Of a stretch of DNA of 64,000 nt, positions 46,788 through 57,950 are shown one piece after another (position 1 is the first letter of the stretch; every line of letters starts with the position of its first letter). This DNA comes from Squalus acanthias (lineage: Eukaryota): the NCBI GenBank assembly GCA_030390025.1, contig CM059432.1, positions 49,664,001-49,728,000 of the forward strand. The letters run 5' to 3'. The notes below the pieces were generated by a model that saw nothing but the letters and a program-made list of their open reading frames with translations, was not told where the DNA came from and ran no database searches. The position numbers and the translations under genes are program-made.

Positions 46788-49457
46788 TTTCAAATAAAAC
46801 TGTTGGACTATAACCTGGTGTTGTGCAACTTCTCACTTTTGTCCACCCCAGTCCAACACCGGCATCTCCGCATCAAGATTAATTATTGACCTAGAAGATC
46901 AAATCCTCTGTGAAAAACAATGAGGTAGAGTTTTATCTCTGCCACTTGGGCACTAGGCATTGTCTGGGTAGAGCACAGAAGGGAAAATCTGACAGGGAGG
47001 ATCATGCCTGGTAACAGGACTAGACTCATTTTGGAAGGAAAACCTGGCAAGTTCTGTGAGGCAGCACAAGCCTCCTGGCCAGATTTTCCCTTTTCCACTC
47101 CGCCCAGGCGCTGCTTAGCACCTGGGCCGTGAAGACGAAAAGCTACCCCATGGTTCTAGCCCTTCTAAAACTGTGGATGTGTTTGTAAAATCTAGTCGAT
47201 CAGGTCTGAACGCTAGACTGAGATCCTGCGGCTTTTCTCCATTACCATTTGGTGCCAGGGAACAATTTCAAAGCGATTTATCATCTTGGAAGTTTTACTT
47301 GTCTGCCTAGAAGTGAAATAAATTTGGGAGAGTCCCTAACGATACAAATTGTATGTGACGAATGGAAGGAGCAGGGTTAATCACATCATTGCCAACACTT
47401 GTGATTTTGTGAATGATTTATTGATTTAGAAAGAGAGACAAATTTTCTCCCTCCCTCATTTCTAACCTGGTTAGTCACACGCAGAAAACAATAGTGCAAA
47501 AATGCAATAAGCTGGATGAACTTTTTTCACTCAGTCTTTACTTATGTATTAGATGGAATTAAAACAAGGTTAACTTCTGCACAACAGCTGATACTGTGGT
47601 TGAAAATATATTTTCTTTATTTATTAGTTATATTTGATTTTAGACTCACTGAAAAGTAATATTTAAGCCAATGTCAATGAATTTAATACTTAATCTTTGC
47701 TATTGGGATTTTCAAAATGGTGGTCTATGGATAGAGGTAGAAAGTAGCTTGTACGATATAGAGGGGAGAATTAGCACTTGTAATATTCCTCGTGAAAAGA
47801 GAGTTATAGCTTTAAATCTACAACGCTGTTTAAAATTATTTTAGCACAGTGGCACAATGGAGAACTGTGGGATACCAAGTTTGTTACATTGTACATCATT
47901 TATATCCCTGTTATACAGTCCCAAATTGTGCAAGACATGCTATTACATGAATACGTAATACAGTAAGGAATTGAAGATGAATTGTTTATGCCACAAAAAT
48001 CTCATCCGTTGTTACATCTGTAATATATCTGACGCCTCCCCTCATGCATGTTTATCAGTTTTACAGATTTAGAATGCCTTTATTCTAAAACATCCCATTG
48101 CATGCGCAGTTTCTGAGAACTGGTGAATAATTCTGAGGAAGGAGTTTCACTCCCATAACAACAGTGGGTGTTGCAGTTAAAGGAGAACATTTATTTACTT
48201 GAACACTGTTGCTTGGTGCTGTACTTATGAATAAAAATGTAGTCATACATATACCTAGTCAGTGAAGGAGTCGGTTCATTCAATCATAATTTCAAGAATC
48301 ACATTCCTCCAACTCTCTCTCATGCCAGGAACACTTCAAGAGCTGACAGGGTTGAAATAATTTGACATTTGGTTAATGGGGCAAATTTGCAATCTTTTTT
48401 TGTTCTGTCAGGTTGTGTTCAATAACTCAGAACAACTAAGTAAGAAGACAGCTTAAAATGATTGAGCTTTCAGGCATGACATACACAGATTCAAATCTCT
48501 GACACACATTGGCCCCGATATTTACTTGGAGCGGGAAGAGAGCTGGGGTGGGGGCAGAAAGGAGTTTTAGACGGGAAAACCGGGAATATGGGTTTCCCAC
48601 ACAGCCTGCCGAATTTAACGGCAGGACGTCTTTCAAATGTTTTCAACGGGTTTCCTGCCTGACAGCCAGCTTGAGAGGCTGACTGCCTGTCGGGCTGGAA
48701 AGCAGCCAGGGAGTTGATGTCAAGTAAGTCTGACATCGCTGGTTGGGAGGATTCGGACATCATGGGGGGAGAATCTGACATGGTGGAGGCGGGTATTGGG
48801 GGAGATTCGGACATCGCACGGGGGGTTGGGGTGTATCGGACATCACGGGGGAGTTGGCCGATTGCAGGGGCTGGGGGCTGCCCCTTTGCGTGGGTCCGAT
48901 TGCGTGCAGGTTAGCTTGTTGGGCCTGGGGGAAACACTCATGCTCCTCCTGGCCCACAAGCAGTGCAATAAAGGCACTTAACTTATGGATCAGGCCCTTC
49001 TCACCTCCTTTTACCAGTTGGGATTCCCGAGGCCCAGGAATCCTGGCCTCTAAGTGGTAAAAATAAAATTAGTGGTAAAAACAGAGCTTGGAGACAGTGC
49101 TGGGAGAACGCAAATGGAGTGGATCGCAAACAGAGTGGAGGAATTTGGTGAGCGCAGGAATTCAGTGGAGAGGAGGAAGACGGTGGCGACGTCTGACTGA
49201 AAATGAGGAGTGGAGCCACAGAACCCAAGGTCTCTAAGTTAATAGGCTCAAGAGCGGCCCTGCGGTAGAGTGAGAGGAGCAGCCGCAGAGAAAGAGCCCA
49301 AGAGCCCAGAGCCCGGAGGGAGCGCGAGCGTCAGGTGAGTGAGGTAAGTGACGTCAGCACAAGGGAAGGAGCTGATTGGTGAGTAGCTGGTGATTGTTTT
49401 TTTTTAAGTCTTAGGTTTATTTATGTTAAGTTACTTAATAGTCTATTAAGTAGAGGC

Positions 49458-50404
49458 ATGGCAGGGCACCTCAGTCTTGTGTCATGTGGGAACTCCAGGA
49501 CGCTTCCCGTGTCCTGGACAAGCACATGTGCAGGAAGTGTCGTCAGCTGGAGGAGCTCGAGCTCCAGGTTTTGGAGCTTGAGCGGCAGCAGGCATCACTG
49601 CGGTGCATCCGTGAGGCTGAGAGCTTCGTGGATAGCACGTCTCAGGAGGTGGTCACCCCGCAGATAAAGAGTGTGCAGGCAGAGAGGGAATGGATGATTG
49701 TCAGACACACAAGGAGGACCAGGCAGGTAGTGCAGGAGTCCCTTGAGTGCATCTCGCTCTCCAACCAGTATTCTGTTCTGAGTCCTGGTGAGGGCGATGG
49801 TTCCTCTGGGGAGTATAGCCAGAGCCAAGTCTGCGGCACCACGGGTGGCTCAGCTGTACAGGGGGAGAGGAGGCAGATCAGGAAAGTAATAGTGGTAGGA
49901 GATTCGATAGTTAGGGGAACAGACAGGAGTTTCTGCAGCCGCAGACGTGATTCCAGGATGATATGTTGCCTCCCTGGTGCCAGGGTCAAGGATGTCACTG
50001 AGTGGCTGCAGAACATTCTGAGGGGGGAGGGTGAACAGACAGCGGTTGTGGTCCATATCGGTATCAACGACATAGGTAGAAAGAGGGATGAGGTCCTGCA
50101 GGCAGATTTTAGGGAGCTAAGAAAGAGATTAAAAAGCAGGAACTCAAAGGTAGTAATCTCTGGATTACATCCGGTGCCATGAGCGAGTGAGTATAGAAAT
50201 AGAAGAATAGAGCAGAAGAATGTGTGGTTGGAGAGATGGTGCAGGAGGGAGGGATTTAGATTCCTGGGACATTGGGACCAGTTCTCGGAGAGATGGGACC
50301 TGTACAGGCCGGATGGGTTGCACCTCAACAGAGCCGGGACCAATGTCCTCACTGGGGGGGGGGGGGGGGGGGGGGATTTGCTAGTGCTGTTGGGGAGGGT
50401 TTAA
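49458..50404 (+). pseudogene. CR1 ORF1 (Cys motif, coiled coil, SGNH-esterase-like domain)
   Basis: CRKC..LEELELQVLELE, VIVVGDSIVRG, CCLPGA, VVHIGIND and DGLHLN. Early frameshift and TGA at 50180. Confidence 0.9.
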
Positions 50405-50714
50405 CCTAATTTGGCAGGGGGATGGGCACCAGGATGTAGCATTAGAAAGGAGAAACAAGGTATACAAAGGATTGGGAGAGACAGGTAGCACTAGAGTAAG
50501 AAATAGTATGGTATTAAGTGGGGTCAGACTAAGAGAGAATACAAGAAGGTCTAAGATAGGTTTACAGTGCATGTGTGTGAATGCACGAAGTGTGGTAAAT
50601 AAGGTTGGTGAGCTGCAGACTTAAATAGACACATGGAAATATAATGTTGTGGTGATAACGGAGACCTAGCTCAAAAAAGGGCAGGATTGGGTACTAAATA
50701 TTCTTGGATATAAG

Positions 50715-51357
50715 GGGGGAAAAATTGGGTTCATTTGCAGCTTTCGTTAGTGCCCGGGCATGGCGTCGCTAACGCCTCCTGTGAAATTCAACGGGAGGTT
50801 AGCGGCGGCGGTAGCCGGTAGTGCCCTGTAGTGCTGTGCAGCTGGCGATGACATCATCGCCGTGCGCAGCGCCCTGCTTGCGCCCCGGCCATAAACTTCC
50901 CTTGCACCCCGACCTATCGCCGGACGATATGTCCGACGGGATCACGGGGCGTTTTTGCAGCGGCGGCGGCGCTACTTAAAGGGCAGGTGTCGGGCGGCCA
51001 TTTTTATTTTGGCTGACTGCCAGCACCTGCCCCCTTTCCCTTTTTTATGCGGGGTGCCGGCCTCGATTTGCTCAGCCTGGCACTCCTCTTGAGTGCCGGG
51101 CTGTTTTCACGACACCTGCTCCCTGGTGGTCCAGAAGGGCCCCGGTGCGCACAATGCTAGGCCCTTCCCCTTTAATCAGGGGAGGAGGCCTGCAATGATG
51201 TGGCGCTATGTGCCACCACGTGTGGCGCTGTTGCATGTAGCACCGCGAACTTCAGTAGTAGTGCCCCAACCAGGAGGTGGAGAGCTACAGGAAGTACGAC
51301 CACTGAATTTATGGCGGAGGGGCGCAAACTTTTTCGGGGCGCTAAAATTTTTCCCCC
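50715..51357. mobile_element. GC-rich non-autonomous Harbinger-type element
   Basis: TIRs GGGGGAAAAATT and TSD AAG/AAG. Removing it restores CR1 LNILGYKVFRKDR. Confidence 0.9.
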
Positions 51358-54044
51358 AAGGTGTTCAGGAAAGATAGGGAAGGAAAGAAAGGAGGTGGGG
51401 TGGCAATATTGATTAAGGAGAATGTTACAGTGCTGGAGAGAAAGGATGTCCTGGAGGGGTCAAAGACAGAATCTATTTGGTTAGGGTTGAGAAACAATAG
51501 AGGTGCCATTACACTACTAGGTATATTCTATAGGCCTCCAACTTGTGGGAATGATATAGAGGAGCAAATTTGCAGGGAAATTACAGAGAGGTGCAAGAAC
51601 TATAGAGTAGTGATAATGGGGAACTTCAACTATCCTAATATAGACTGGGATAGTAATAGTGTAAAGGGCAGAGAGGGGGAAGAATTTCTGAAGTGTGTTG
51701 AGGAGAACTTTCTTGATCAGTATGTTTCCAGCCCAACGAGGAAGGAGGCATTGCTGGATCTGGTTCTGGGGAATGAGGTGGGCCAAGTGGAGCAAGTGTC
51801 AGCAGGGGAACATTTAGGAAACAGTGATCACAGTATCATAAGGTTTAGATTAGCTATGGAAAAGGACAGGGAGCAATCTAGAGTAAAATTACTTAATTGG
51901 AGGAAGGCCATTTTCAGTGGGTTGAGAGTGGATCTGGCACGGGTAAATTGGAATCAAAGATTGGCAGGCAAAACTGCAAAGAAAAAATGGGCTGCCTTTA
52001 AAAAGGAGATGGTTCGGGTACAGTCGAGGTACATTCCCATGAGGGGAAAGGTAGGGCAACCAAAGTCAGAGCTCCCTGGATGATGAAAGAGATAGAGTGT
52101 AAGATGAAGCAGAAAAAGGGGGCGCATGACAAATGTCAGGTTGAGAATACAAGTGAGAACCAGGCTGAATATAGAAAGGTCAGAGGGGAAGTGAAAAAGG
52201 AAATAAGAGGGGCAAAGAGAGAGTATGAGAATAGATAGGCAGCTAACATAAAAGGGAATCCAAAAGTTTTCTATAGGCATATAAATAGTAAACGGGTAGT
52301 AAGAGGAGGGGTGGGGCTGATTAGGGGCCAAAATGGAGACCTACGCATGGAGGCAGAGGGTATGGCTGAGGTACTAAATTAATACTTTGCATCTGTCTTT
52401 AACAAGGAAGAAGATGCTGCCAAAGTCATAGTGAAAGAGAAGATAGTTGAGATACTGGATGGGATAAAAAATTGATAAAGAGGAGGTACTAGAAATGCTG
52501 GCTGTACTTAAAGTAGATAAGTCACCAGGATGCATCCTAGGATGCTGAGGGAAGTAAAGGTGAAAATTGTGGATGTACTGGCCATAATCTTCCAATCCTT
52601 TTTGGATACGGGGGTGGTGCCAGAGGACTGGAGAATTGCAAGTGTTACACTCTTGTTCAAAAAAGGGTGTAAGGATAAACCCAGCAACTACAGGCCAGTC
52701 AGTTTAACCTCGGTAGTGGGGAAGCTTTTAGAAATGATAATCCAGGACAAAATTAACAGTCACTTGGACAAGTGTGGATTAAGCCAGCATAGATTTGTTA
52801 AAGGCAAATCGTGTTTAACTAACTTGATCGAGTTTTTTGATGAGGTAACAGAGAGCATTGATGAGGGCAATGCAGTTGATGTGGTGTACATGGACTTCCA
52901 AAAGGCGTTTGATAAAGTGCCACATAATAGGCTTGCCAGCAAAGTTGAAGCCCATGGAATAAAAGGGACAGTGGTAGCATGGATACAAACTTGGCTAAGT
53001 GACATGAAACAGAGAGTAGTGGTGAACGGTTATTTTTCGGACTGGAGGAAGGTATACAGTGGTGTTCCCCAGGGGTCGGTACTAGGACCACTGCTTTTCT
53101 TGACATATTTTAATGACTTAGACTTGGGTGTACAAGGCACAATTTCAAAATTTGCAGATGACACAAATCTTGGAAGTATTTTGAACAGTGAGGAGGATAG
53201 TGATAGACTTCAAGAAGACATAGACAGGCTGGTGAAATCGGCGGACACGTGGCAGATGAAATTTAACGCAGAAAAGTGCGAAGTGCTACGTTTTTGTAGG
53301 AAGAATGAGGAGAGGCAATACAAACTAAAGGGTACAATCCTGAAAGAGGTGCATGACCTGGGGGTATATGTGTGCACAAATCGTTGAAGGTGGCAGGTCC
53401 GGTTGAGAAATCGATTAAAAAACCTGAGCTTCATAAATAGAGGCTACAAAAGCAAGGAAGTTATGATGAAAATTTATAAAACACTGGTTCGGCCTCAACT
53501 GGAGGATTGGCCCTGATTTTGCCGGTGCTCCAAGGGTGGGTTCGGAGGCGGGTCAGCTGTTAAATTCGAAATGATTGACGGCGCGTTGGGACCCTCTGTG
53601 AACCCCCTCCAGGTACGTTTCCAAAGTGTCGGTTCTGCGATTTCAGAACAGACCCGACACCAAGCGGCGGGTGAGGGATTTAAGATAGTTAACTGCTTGT
53701 CAAGTGCTTGTCAACTACTATTTTGCCAGCTTTTTCTATTTTCCCACATTTTCAATGGGTTTCACGTCGTTCAGAGATCACGTCAGGTAAGTATGTCGGG
53801 AGTTCCAACGAGCTGAATACTTTACAGCTGCAACTGCAGTATAAACGCTAACCTCTCACATCTGTTCACTTTCAAATGTCAGAAGTTGCTAATGTCAGGA
53901 TTTGGAAGACACATTTGATCTGTATTGAGGCTGTAAGTGTGTGGAGTAAACCCTATATGCACTGTCACCTCCTTGGAATAACCTCTCTCCCCATTGACTG
54001 ACTGCTTGTAACATCTCATCCTCAACTGCCATATATAACAGCCA

Positions 54045-54218
54045 TGATGCGGAGATGCCGGTGTTGGACTGGGGTGGACAAAAGTGAGAAGTCGCACAAC
54101 ACCAGGTTATAGTCCAACAGTTTTATTTGAAATCACAAGCTTTCGGAGCGGCTGCTCCTTCGTCAGGTGAAGTAAAGGAATACAAATCGACAAAGCATAT
54201 ATAGATAGAGAACAATGC
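54045..54218 (-). mobile_element. Penelope pLTR fragment (family B) with a hammerhead at 54133-54170
   Basis: Reverse complement contains TCAC-CTGACGA-A-GGAGC agcc GCTCC-GAA-AGCT-T-GTGA. Confidence 0.88.
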
Positions 54219-54317
54219 ATGTGTAGCGTACAATGGCAGACGACTACATTTAATCCTCCTGACTGCCTTTTGTCACACCTCGGCAGATAAACAATCAGGT
54301 CAGCCAGGAAGGCACCA

Positions 54318-54593
54318 CATCAAAGACATAGCAAGATACAACTGAGACAATGAGGTGGGGTTACAGGGGGTCTAATGTGTCAAAAGCTGCAGTCGGTATG
54401 GAAAACGATAAACTTTAAAAAATTTTACTTATTTTTACTGGAAATCACATCTGAACAAGCCAAGATTTTCCAGTAAAAATAAGTAAAAATTTTTAAAGTT
54501 TATCGTTTTCCATACCGACTGCAGCTTTTGACACATTAGACCCCCTGTAACCCCACCTCATTGTCTCAGTTGTATCTTGCTATGTCTTTGATG
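54318..54593. repeat. Long near-perfect inverted repeat (fold-back insertion)
   Basis: Arms at 54318-54446 and 54464-54593 with one mismatch and one 1-nt indel, and a 17-nt spacer. Confidence 0.95.
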
Positions 54594-55748
54594 CCGCAGG
54601 AGATACAGGGTTTACAGGCAGAGGATCAGCTTCCTTAACATGACTGAGCAGCTGTGCCGAAGGAGACTGAGACTTCCGCGAGAGGTAGTCGCAGACATTT
54701 GCACAATGCTCGATCAAGACCTGCAGCCCAGAGGAGCAGGTGGACATTCCTTACCAGTGGCTGTCAAAGTCACTACCGCCCTCAACTTCTTTGTGTCAGG
54801 ATCAGCAGCAGACATTAGTGGCATCTCCCAGTCGGCCGCCCACAGATTCATCATGCAGATTACCGATGCCCTCTTTGCCAAGTCCGCCAATTGCATCCAC
54901 TTTTCCACTGCTGAAGCAAGTGTTACCGAGCGGGTGCTAGGCTTTGTCAATCTGGCTGGCTTTCCACGGGTGCAGGACGTCATCGACTACACACATGTGG
55001 CCATCAGGGCACCCCCATCATAACCCAGCAGTATCTATCAACCGCAAGGGCTTCCACTTCCTTAACGTGCAGCTGGTGTGCAACCATAGCAAGAACAGCA
55101 TGCATGTGTGTGCCAGGTTCCCTGGCAGCTGCCATGACTCTTACATCCTGCGCCAGTCCACTGTCCCTCAGCTCTTCGCACTGCCAAACAAACATTCCAG
55201 CTGGCTCCTTGGGGACAGGGGCTATCCCCTGAAGACGTGGCTAATGACACGGTGGAGGAGGCCATCAAACGAGTCTGAGGAGCGTTACAATCAAAGCCAC
55301 ATTCCCACCAGAAGTGTCATAGAGCAAACAATAGGGTTGCTCAAAATGCGCTTCAGATGCTGGACAGATCTGGTGGAACCCTTCAGTACGCACCAGCCAG
55401 GGTCTCGAGAATCATCAATAATAAAAACAGAAAATGCTGGAAATACTCAGCAGGTCAGGCAGCATCTGTGGAGAGAGAAACAGAGTTAACGTTTCAGGTC
55501 GATGACCCTTCGTCGTTGTCTTCTGTGCCCTGCACAACATTGCACTGCAGCGAGGATTATCGCTGGATGAGGAACAATGGGCAGTGCGCACAGCCTCTTC
55601 TGAGCAGGAGGAGGGGGAGGAGGAGAAGCAGAATAAGGCTCCAGATGAGGGAGACCTGGAGGAGGTGGCTGACCCAGTGCGACCAGCACGCGAGCACATT
55701 GCTGCCCGTGATGCCAGGGATGGCCTAATCAATGTCAGATTCACCTAA
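54594..55748 (+). pseudogene. Harbinger (HARBI1-like) DDE transposase
   Basis: [64 protein letters not shown] and CALHN. Stop at 55021 and a frameshift at ~55360. Confidence 0.93.
55417..55514 (-). mobile_element. Penelope pLTR fragment (family A-like), truncated inside the hammerhead core
   Basis: Homologous to 28712-28807. It splits the transposase between SRII and VVFCALHN. Confidence 0.85.
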
Positions 55749-56034
55749 CTTTATGCAGCAATGACATGTGGCTGCCACATGCACATGAAGGTTGGCATGA
55801 CCCCACTGCAACACCATAGAGCATCTCTACATTGAACTGTGCATTCCTTGCACTGTCACCACCATTGCTGGACATAATAGGTGCACTTACCCTTCATTGT
55901 GCTACTTCAATTTGTGAGCACACATACGGCAACAAATTCAAACATTCACAAAACATTACTTTATTACAACAACATAAAAGAACAGAAACTTAACATTCAT
56001 TTAGAGCAAAACACCCAAGTGACTACCCTTGTGA

Positions 56035-57950
56035 CTATTTATGTGGGAGCTTTCTTTTACGCATGCTTCTACGTGGTGCTACCCCTGTGGCTTCAGCAGA
56101 TGTAGAGGCAGCCTGCTCACTTCCATGCTGCGCCTGCTTAGATGCCTTTGGTGGTTGTCCTCTGGGTTTTGGAGCCTGTGAGGGCCCCTCCAAAGTCTGC
56201 TCCTCCTGCGGCTGTGCAGGGGCAGACTCAGCCATCACTGTTCGGGGAGGCATCTGGTGCTCTGACCGATGTTTTGGCAAGGGGGTGGTAGTTTGAGCGC
56301 TTGGAGAGGAGCCCCCACTTCCATGTCCCCTCCCACCATCATCCTTCACACGGGCCACCCGCACTTCTCTGCTAGCAAGAAGTTGGAGAGCACCTTGCTG
56401 CACATCAGTGGGGCCATGAGGGCCCATGTCTGTACTGACATTCCTCATAACAAGAACGTCCATGAACCTTTAGTTTCTCTCCTTGATAGATGCCCATCTA
56501 TCCTCCATAGTTGACCATCTATTTAGAAGTGTTTACCATGTTCTCCTGAGTCTGGCGATTTATGTCCTCCATGGAGGTTGCTATCCTTTCCATGTCAGTA
56601 CCTACAGTTGCCAGTGCGTGCGACATGGCGTTGCTCATATTTGAGATGGACTCCTCTATTCTCTGCACATTTGATGTCACCATGGTTGCTAACCCAGTCA
56701 TAGCCTCCTGCACTTGCTCCTGAAGCTCCAGCACCGCCCTCTTTCTGGATGGCCCCCGAGGCTCAGCGTCTACATACAGCTGAGCCGATCTAGGAGCATC
56801 CTGCGGCCTCCGACGAGGACTCTCCACTGCTGTCCCTGTCTCCACCATCTGCTCTTGCTTACTTGTGACTTGTGATACACCAGGTAACAACACTACTCTA
56901 TCTCGCATAGGACCCACCGAGGTGTGCGTCTCTGCGCTGGTGCTGGGTGCGCTCATTTCTGCTGACGCTGCTCCCTCAGAGGCTGGAAGATCCTCTGAGG
57001 AGTCCTCCTGCTCTTCCTCCTGAACAGTAGAGAGGGTGGCTCTGGATGGGAGAGTAAAGCCATGAGTTAGACATGTGATATGTAGATTGCAGACACATCC
57101 CATTATGCACATGATGAGCATTCAATTTCTATTGACATCAGATCCCATATGAGTCAATCATGAATGCCAAATAAGATGAATGGAAAATAATTCTGTCAGC
57201 AGGTTGTTCTACTGAGCCCCTCACTCTGTCCCCCTCTTCAAGCTGGTCAACTGCTCCTGCAATGTCGAGAGCTGCCTGCTCAGCGTGGGTCAGCTGAGCC
57301 AACGATGGTGGTCCTCCTCCTGTCCTCTCCCTCTCCCTCTTATTGTGGGCTCTCTTTTCCTGCAATGTGGGAAAGAAGTGCAGTTTTAGTGAGAGTGATG
57401 GAATGAGTGTAAAGAATGGATAGGATAGATGTTTAGAGGGAGACTATGATGGAGTGGGGTGCCAATGCCTCCTTTTGAGTTCTTAGTTGTTGTCATTGCA
57501 TAACATTGAGGGTGAGTGTGAGGGATGCATAGTAAGATGGGGATGTGATTCTGTACATAGGGAGAGAGGGATGGGTGATGGTGCAAGGGATGTTGGGGTG
57601 AGTTAGGATGTGCAGGAGTAGGGATGGCAATGCAGAGTGCTGGGGATGTACAGCAGAATGAAGGTAAGTGTGCTTTTATTCTCACTTTTCCTGAATGCAG
57701 GAGATCATTGAACCTCTTCCTACATTGCACCCAGGTGCGAGCAACCACAGACCTTGCATTCACCTCCTCAGCTATTTGCAGCCAGGCTGCCTTTGTCTTC
57801 TGAGGAGGTTTCCTCCTTCCATTCCCAGGGAATAGAACCTCCCTGCATCCTCTGACTCCCTCCACAAGAACATGGAAGGAGTCATCGTTGAAGCGTGGAG
57901 TAGCCTTTGTCTCCCTGCAGTCATTTCTCAAAGAAGCAGCATTCAGGAGC
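56035..57950 (-). pseudogene. Harbinger Myb/SANT-like protein gene, three exons (~57950-57686, 57359-57200, ~57041-56035)
   Basis: PRFND...AWLQIAEEVNA...WVQCRKRFNDL, donor AAA|GTGAGA, acceptor TTGCAG|GAA, EKRAHN..ERERTGGGPP and a basic C-terminus RRSMRKRK. Confidence 0.88.

Larger units (their letters stand above)
46664..46875. mobile_element. Penelope fold-back pLTR insertion (family B)
   Basis: 86-bp inverted arms at 46663-46748 and 46751-46836 with 2 mismatches, a 39-nt tail, and a 13-bp TSD agattaattattg. Confidence 0.92.

Noticed and set aside
49642..50352. 236-aa antisense ORF over CR1 ORF1, and similar antisense ORFs over CR1 and Penelope
   Set aside because: Shadow frames of coding mobile-element sequence with no independent support.
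50354..50376. Poly-G run in CR1 ORF1
   Set aside because: Simple homopolymer slippage or sequencing error.
54594..57950. Domesticated HARBI1/NAIF1-like host genes
   Set aside because: Stops, frameshifts, nested insertions, TIRs and a TSD show a decayed transposon.
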